Positions 59,450-64,000 of a stretch of 64,000 nt of DNA are shown piece by piece. The notes beneath the pieces are model-generated. The model was not told where the DNA came from. It searched no databases and worked only from the letters and a program-made list of their open reading frames with translations. Every line of letters starts with the position of its first letter. The stretch's first letter is position 1. The DNA is from Psammoneis japonica (Eukaryota): assembly GCA_008632985.1 (NCBI GenBank), contig QPGO01000055.1, positions 1-64,000 of the forward strand, given 5' to 3'. The translations under genes and the position numbers were made by a program.

Positions 59450-61611
59450 TGCCAACGGCATTCTTTGCAACTTGTCGCCACCTGTCGAGGCCGCAGCAGC
59501 AGTTGCAAACTTTTGACGAAGGGAGCGACATGCACCAACCCTTGTTCGGCTGTGGCTGCCACCCCTCCTGCAGCCGCCGGTGGAGCACCGCCGGCACCCC
59601 CAAAAACATGCCATGACAAGTGGATGAGCCAAGGAGATCAGTTGGGTGGGGAGTGTGCGAATTTATTTCGCCGGTGCGACACCACCGTCGCTGCTCCCGA
59701 GCCGGCCGCCACGCCACTCGAGCACATCATCGACTTGAGCGACTTGGTGCCAAAAGCCTTTTTGGCTCTAGCACGGCAAGGCGCAGGTTGTCGTGTCACC
59801 TGCATCCACCGGCCCTCAGTTTGTGTCAGAGACCCGGTGGAGACCTCGCCGTGGGACGGTCGTGTGTTTTGTTTTCAAGGAGACATCCTCCCCGGTAACT
59901 TCATTGCCATTCTTGAGATGCCCAACACTCCGTTCGACATCGTGGGGCCGCAGGTGGTGCCTGCGGTGGCTGACATGGCCACCCTAGAAGGTGTCTTGGC
60001 GGACGAGAACGATCCAATGCCGCCTCAGACCGACGGCGCCCCGGATGCCAACACGATCTACGTCCGTCATCTCGTGCAAGTGCCCCGCGCATGTCTGCAT
60101 CTTGTGTTGACTCGGGATCTCACCCCGCTGCAAGCATGGCACAAACTGGCCGGAGCGATTCAAAATGACGGATGCGCGGGGGACTTGAGCCCTCTCATCG
60201 ACTGGCTGCGTGCGGCCCTCACTGCCGACACTGCAGCGAATCCCGATCCGGTTCATTGCCTGGGCAACCGTGCCACTGCGTTGCCGCCACTCGCGGTGGA
60301 CGCCAGATTGCAGGAGCATCGTTGGCATGCGTTGTTGCAAGACCTGCCCGCCTTGGACACAATGGCCGTCGACAACACCGACCGGGTGCTCGCCTTTGCC
60401 AACGCAGTGCGTGTCGCGGCCGCGGCCTCAGCTCCAAAAATGCCGGCTGAAGCCTTCCCTCAAACTGCACCCTTGTGGCTCTTGCTCTCAAGCGCACCGG
60501 ATGATGCAGCCCTGCCTGCGCTGCACCACGCTTGGGCCAACAGCACCAAGGCCGAGCGGCGCCTGTGCTTTGCTCACGCCTTGGAAGCCCGTGCCCAAGA
60601 ACCCGATGCTGCGTCTCGCACAGCACCTGCAGTTTCAAAGGAGTTACACGAGATGGTGTTGCAAGGAAAGGCAGCACCCCACGTGCACCAAGTGAACGAC
60701 TTGACCGCCGGCGTCTCCCCGTTTGCTTGTGGTTTCTTTCTCGCCGGCCAAGGCTCTGCCGCACAAGTTCGGGCCGAACGCTGTGACCTGGCATTAGCGG
60801 GCAACTTGACGCCCACCGTTGCAGAGCAAGAAGAGTTCCGGACCAAGGACACACCTCTGCCCTCGTCCACCTGCCATTGTGGGAGCATGCTCCAAGCTGC
60901 CAGCTTGGTCTTGGACGTCATCCAAGGGTCGAATCATCCCCATGCAGTGGCGTTCCTGCAGCTCTGCTTGGAAGACTGGCGGGACATGGTCGACTTGCTC
61001 GAGCAATCAGGAGCGTTGCTGGCTGAAGGAAACGCACTCCCCCGCATTTGTCGTGAGGTGCAGACACTCATGGGGGTTTGTCTCCGCAGGCTCATGCAAG
61101 GCGGCATGCCCCGAGCGCCCGATTACACGGCGGTGGCGTGCAAGGTCTTGCACGGGCAATTCTCCCTGTTGGCACAATTGCCCCATCATTTGCTCGGCCA
61201 GCCAGACCAGGCGACTAACCCCCAGGTGAGCTCGACCAGCGCCAGCAACAGTGGCACCCCTTCCACAGCAGCTGCCGCGGCTGGGCGTCGCGACCCTGGT
61301 GCAGCTGTTGCGAACCCCAACCCGGTGCGATCGTGGCCAACTGCCTTCGCACAGGCCAGGATTGCCTGGCCACGGTGCGACGTTTCGCGCCTCGAACCAC
61401 AGACTCGAGTGGTGCCGCGTGCGAGGTGTGCCTGTCGCACCACCTCAAAGGAACGTGCTTTGCCAACTGTGAGTGCAGTGGTGCGCACCGAAACCTCTCG
61501 CTGCGAGAGAGGACGGCTGTGAGCACCTTCGTTCGCGACCACGTGTCCAACCCCCAGGAAGGTGGCGCCCCAGCGCCGGCACCCACGCCGGCACCGGCGG
61601 CATCCACCTGA
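59450..61611 (+). pseudogene. gag-like ORF1 of the YR retrotransposon (frameshifted)
   Basis: Long Ala/Pro-rich ORF ending, after a frameshift, in CLSHHLKGTCFANCECSGAH. Confidence 0.7.
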
Positions 61612-61662
61612 GGACGGGGGCCGGCTGGCCCCAGAGCCAGCCTGCAGCCCTCCTCTGCTTGC

Positions 61663-63720
61663 TTGCCAGATCCGCATCAGCAGCACCCACGCAGCAACGA
61701 ACTAGGTGAGTTAGCAGAGGAACATGTTAAACTCCTGCACACTTTAGGCTGGAGCCAGTTCGTTGCACACCTGTGCAGGGAGCCGTGTCTGGCTGAGAAT
61801 GTTCAGCAGTTACCCCATCCTGCTGCCAAGCTTCTTTCTAGTCTCCGTAACGACGGAGCTCCGGCACAGTTCTCAACGGAGGACTGGACATCGGACCAGG
61901 TCCGGATGGCCACCGAACGCGGTAGGCCATCCATCCACCAACGAGTGCCTGGGCTTCCTCGAGTCGGACATGGCGGACATGATCCAGAAGCGACACTGGA
62001 CAGTCTTGCCGTACCGCGAAGCCTGCAAGCTGCCCCACCTGCGCGTCTCACCAATGGGCGTGGTGCCGCAACGCGACCGCCGCCCGCACACCATCGTGGA
62101 TTACAGTTTCTACGGTGTCAACGACGAAACCGTGAAACATGCCCCTCCGGAAGCCATGCAATTCGGTCGCGCGCTTGACAGGTTCTTGTGCAATGTCTTC
62201 CGCACCAATCCGAAACACGGCCCAGTGCACATGCTGAAACTCGACCTCTCTGACGGTTTCTATCGCGTGGGGCTTCGCCCCCAGGACATGCCCAAGCTTG
62301 GGGTGGCCTTCCCAGCAGGCCCGGGCGAGGAACGCTCACAGCGCTACCTCTCGTCCTGCCCATGGGCTGGACGGAGAGTCCACCTTTCTTTTGTGTTGGA
62401 ACGGAGACTGCAATCGACTTGGCAAACAACCACGTGCCTGCAGCTTGGGACCCTCCGATTCATCCACTTGAACAAGCGGCAGCCACACCAGCACCCCATG
62501 ACGACACCTTGCGGATCGATGTGCCGCCGCCTTCTAATGCAGCCCCAGCTAGCCGCGTCTCACGCCTTCCTTCGCCCGCCGCTCTTCGTCGCAGACGCCA
62601 ACGCGGCTCCCAGCCATTGGAGTGCTTCGATGTCTACGCAGACGATGAGATGTGCGCGGCACAAGGTTCAAAAGCGCGTCTCAACAAGTTACGTCGTCGC
62701 CTCCTGCATGTCAATGACCAAGTCTTCCGTCCCAACACAACTGCCGATGCACACTGGCGCCGCGAAACTATCTCACTGAAGAAACTCCTCAAAGGAGACG
62801 CGTCGTGGTCAATGGTCAAGGTCATTTTGGGCTGGCTCATTGACACCCCAGCGGGTGCCATGCAATTGCTGCCGCATCGACGACAACGCCTCCTGGACAC
62901 ACTTGCCGACACCATCCCGCACCGCCGCGTGTCAAACAAGCATTGCCATAAACTCATTGGCGAAGCACGCAGCATGTTGTTGGCGGTTTCTGGCGGTGCC
63001 GGCCTGCTCTCCAATCTCCAGCACTCGCCAGCCACCTCAAGTGACTCCCGCACTCGGATCAACCGTCATGCGCGCCGTCAACTCCAAGACTTGCACGCCC
63101 TGGCCGTCGACATTGCTTCTCGTCCCACAAGGCTTGCCGAGCCATTCCCTGCCGCCGACGGGCACCACTGCGGTGCATGCGATGCCGCCAAGCCAGGTTT
63201 TGGTGGCGTGTTGTCACCAGGCCCCAGTGACGACTTCCCTCCTACAGCATGGCAAGTTCCGCTACCACCGGACCTGCAGGCCGCCATTGTTTCGGACGAC
63301 AACCCCGCTGGAACAATGACCAACTCCGATCTCGAGCTAGCCGGCACAGTGCTTCAAGAAGCCGTCGTCGGCATCGCCATCGATGTCAGGGAACGCACGG
63401 TCCACATGTGCTGTGACAACACCCCGGCCATCTCTCGGCGCGGAAAAGGCTCTGTCACCACCGACGGTCCCGGCGCCGACATGTTGCGGACCGGCAGTCT
63501 CCAACAACGAAAACTCCGACACATCTCCCGCTTCCATTGCATGCCTGGTCCAGCCAATCTCCTCGCCGACATGTGCTCCCGGAAATTCACCACACCCTCT
63601 CACCTCCTTGCAACTCTCACTCGCCTTGCTCCACAGACGAAACCTTGGCAAATGCTTCACCCGCGCCCGACATCGTTTCTTCACTGATCTCCGCCTTGCG
63701 ACGGCAAAGGCCCGCGAAGC
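61663..63720 (+). pseudogene. Reverse transcriptase-RNase H (frameshifted)
   Basis: SPMGVVPQRDRRP..IVDYS, KLDLSDGFYR, MGWTESPPFFC, YADD, CDAAKPGFGG, NSDLELAG, CDNTPA, GPANLLAD. Confidence 0.9.
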
Positions 63721-64000
63721 TGTCACTGCTGAGCGAGCCCGTGCCACGGACACCGTCTGGGCCAAGTGCTGGTTGCCTTTCTTGTCCGACATCGGAATCG
63801 ACAACCCTCTCCTCACCAGCGTCCAAGACAAAATCCCAATGCTCTGAGTCTTTGCCCATCGCCTTGGGGATGGATGCCTCAGCCGCAGCGGTGACCCAAT
63901 CTCAGCTCCGCATGTTCGTGACGAAGTCCTTCACGTCGCGGAGACGTTCACCGAACTGGGTGCCCCGGACCCGCGTCCAATGCCACACGGCATGATGGAC
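63660..64000 (+). pseudogene. Tyrosine recombinase N-terminal region (premature TGA at 63845-63847)
   Basis: W..FL..IGIDNPLL...L*VFAHRL.DG.LSRSG.PI...V......VAETFTELGAPDPR, typical of the N-terminal part of YR-element recombinases. Confidence 0.7.

Larger units (their letters stand above)
59260..64000 (+). mobile_element. Tyrosine-recombinase (DIRS/Ngaro-type) retrotransposon, degenerate, truncated by the window end
   Basis: gag-like ORF with CCCH finger, RT, RNase H and an overlapping YR N-terminus in the expected order; GC-rich. Confidence 0.88.

Noticed and set aside
1..64000. tRNA/rRNA genes
   Set aside because: None recognised by eye; a tRNAscan/Infernal run would be needed to exclude them.

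Overview
Eukaryotic nuclear DNA, most likely from a pennate diatom. This is inferred from the compact genes with short GT-AG introns, the helicase-associated (HA) domain, TM-LRR and RxL-propeptide families, and a YR retrotransposon. About 16 host genes are present: an FG-GAP/ASPIC-UnbV protein, a SCY1-like pseudokinase, an HMG-box factor, a RING-H2 ligase, sphingosine kinase, a small secreted GACC/Lys-rich protein, an S10 carboxypeptidase, an HA-domain protein, a WD40 protein, a GPI-type Cys-rich protein, an atypical kinase, a TM-LRR protein, an 8-TM rhodopsin histidine kinase, a phytol/dolichol kinase-like protein, an ankyrin protein, NIT2 and a COPI-associated protein. Three repeat-like islands are interspersed (~8.9-26.3 kb, ~34.3-35.8 kb, and a DIRS/Ngaro-type element at ~59.3-64 kb). 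The most striking signal is that these islands have almost lost the TpA dinucleotide, apparently converted to TpG/CpA, with sharp borders. The older parts have also lost CpG. This looks like a repeat-targeted A-to-G (T-to-C) hypermutation process, the reverse of fungal RIP. Second is an intact 8-TM rhodopsin hybrid histidine kinase that retains the retinal-binding Lys. All dinucleotide statements are by-eye reads, not computed counts.
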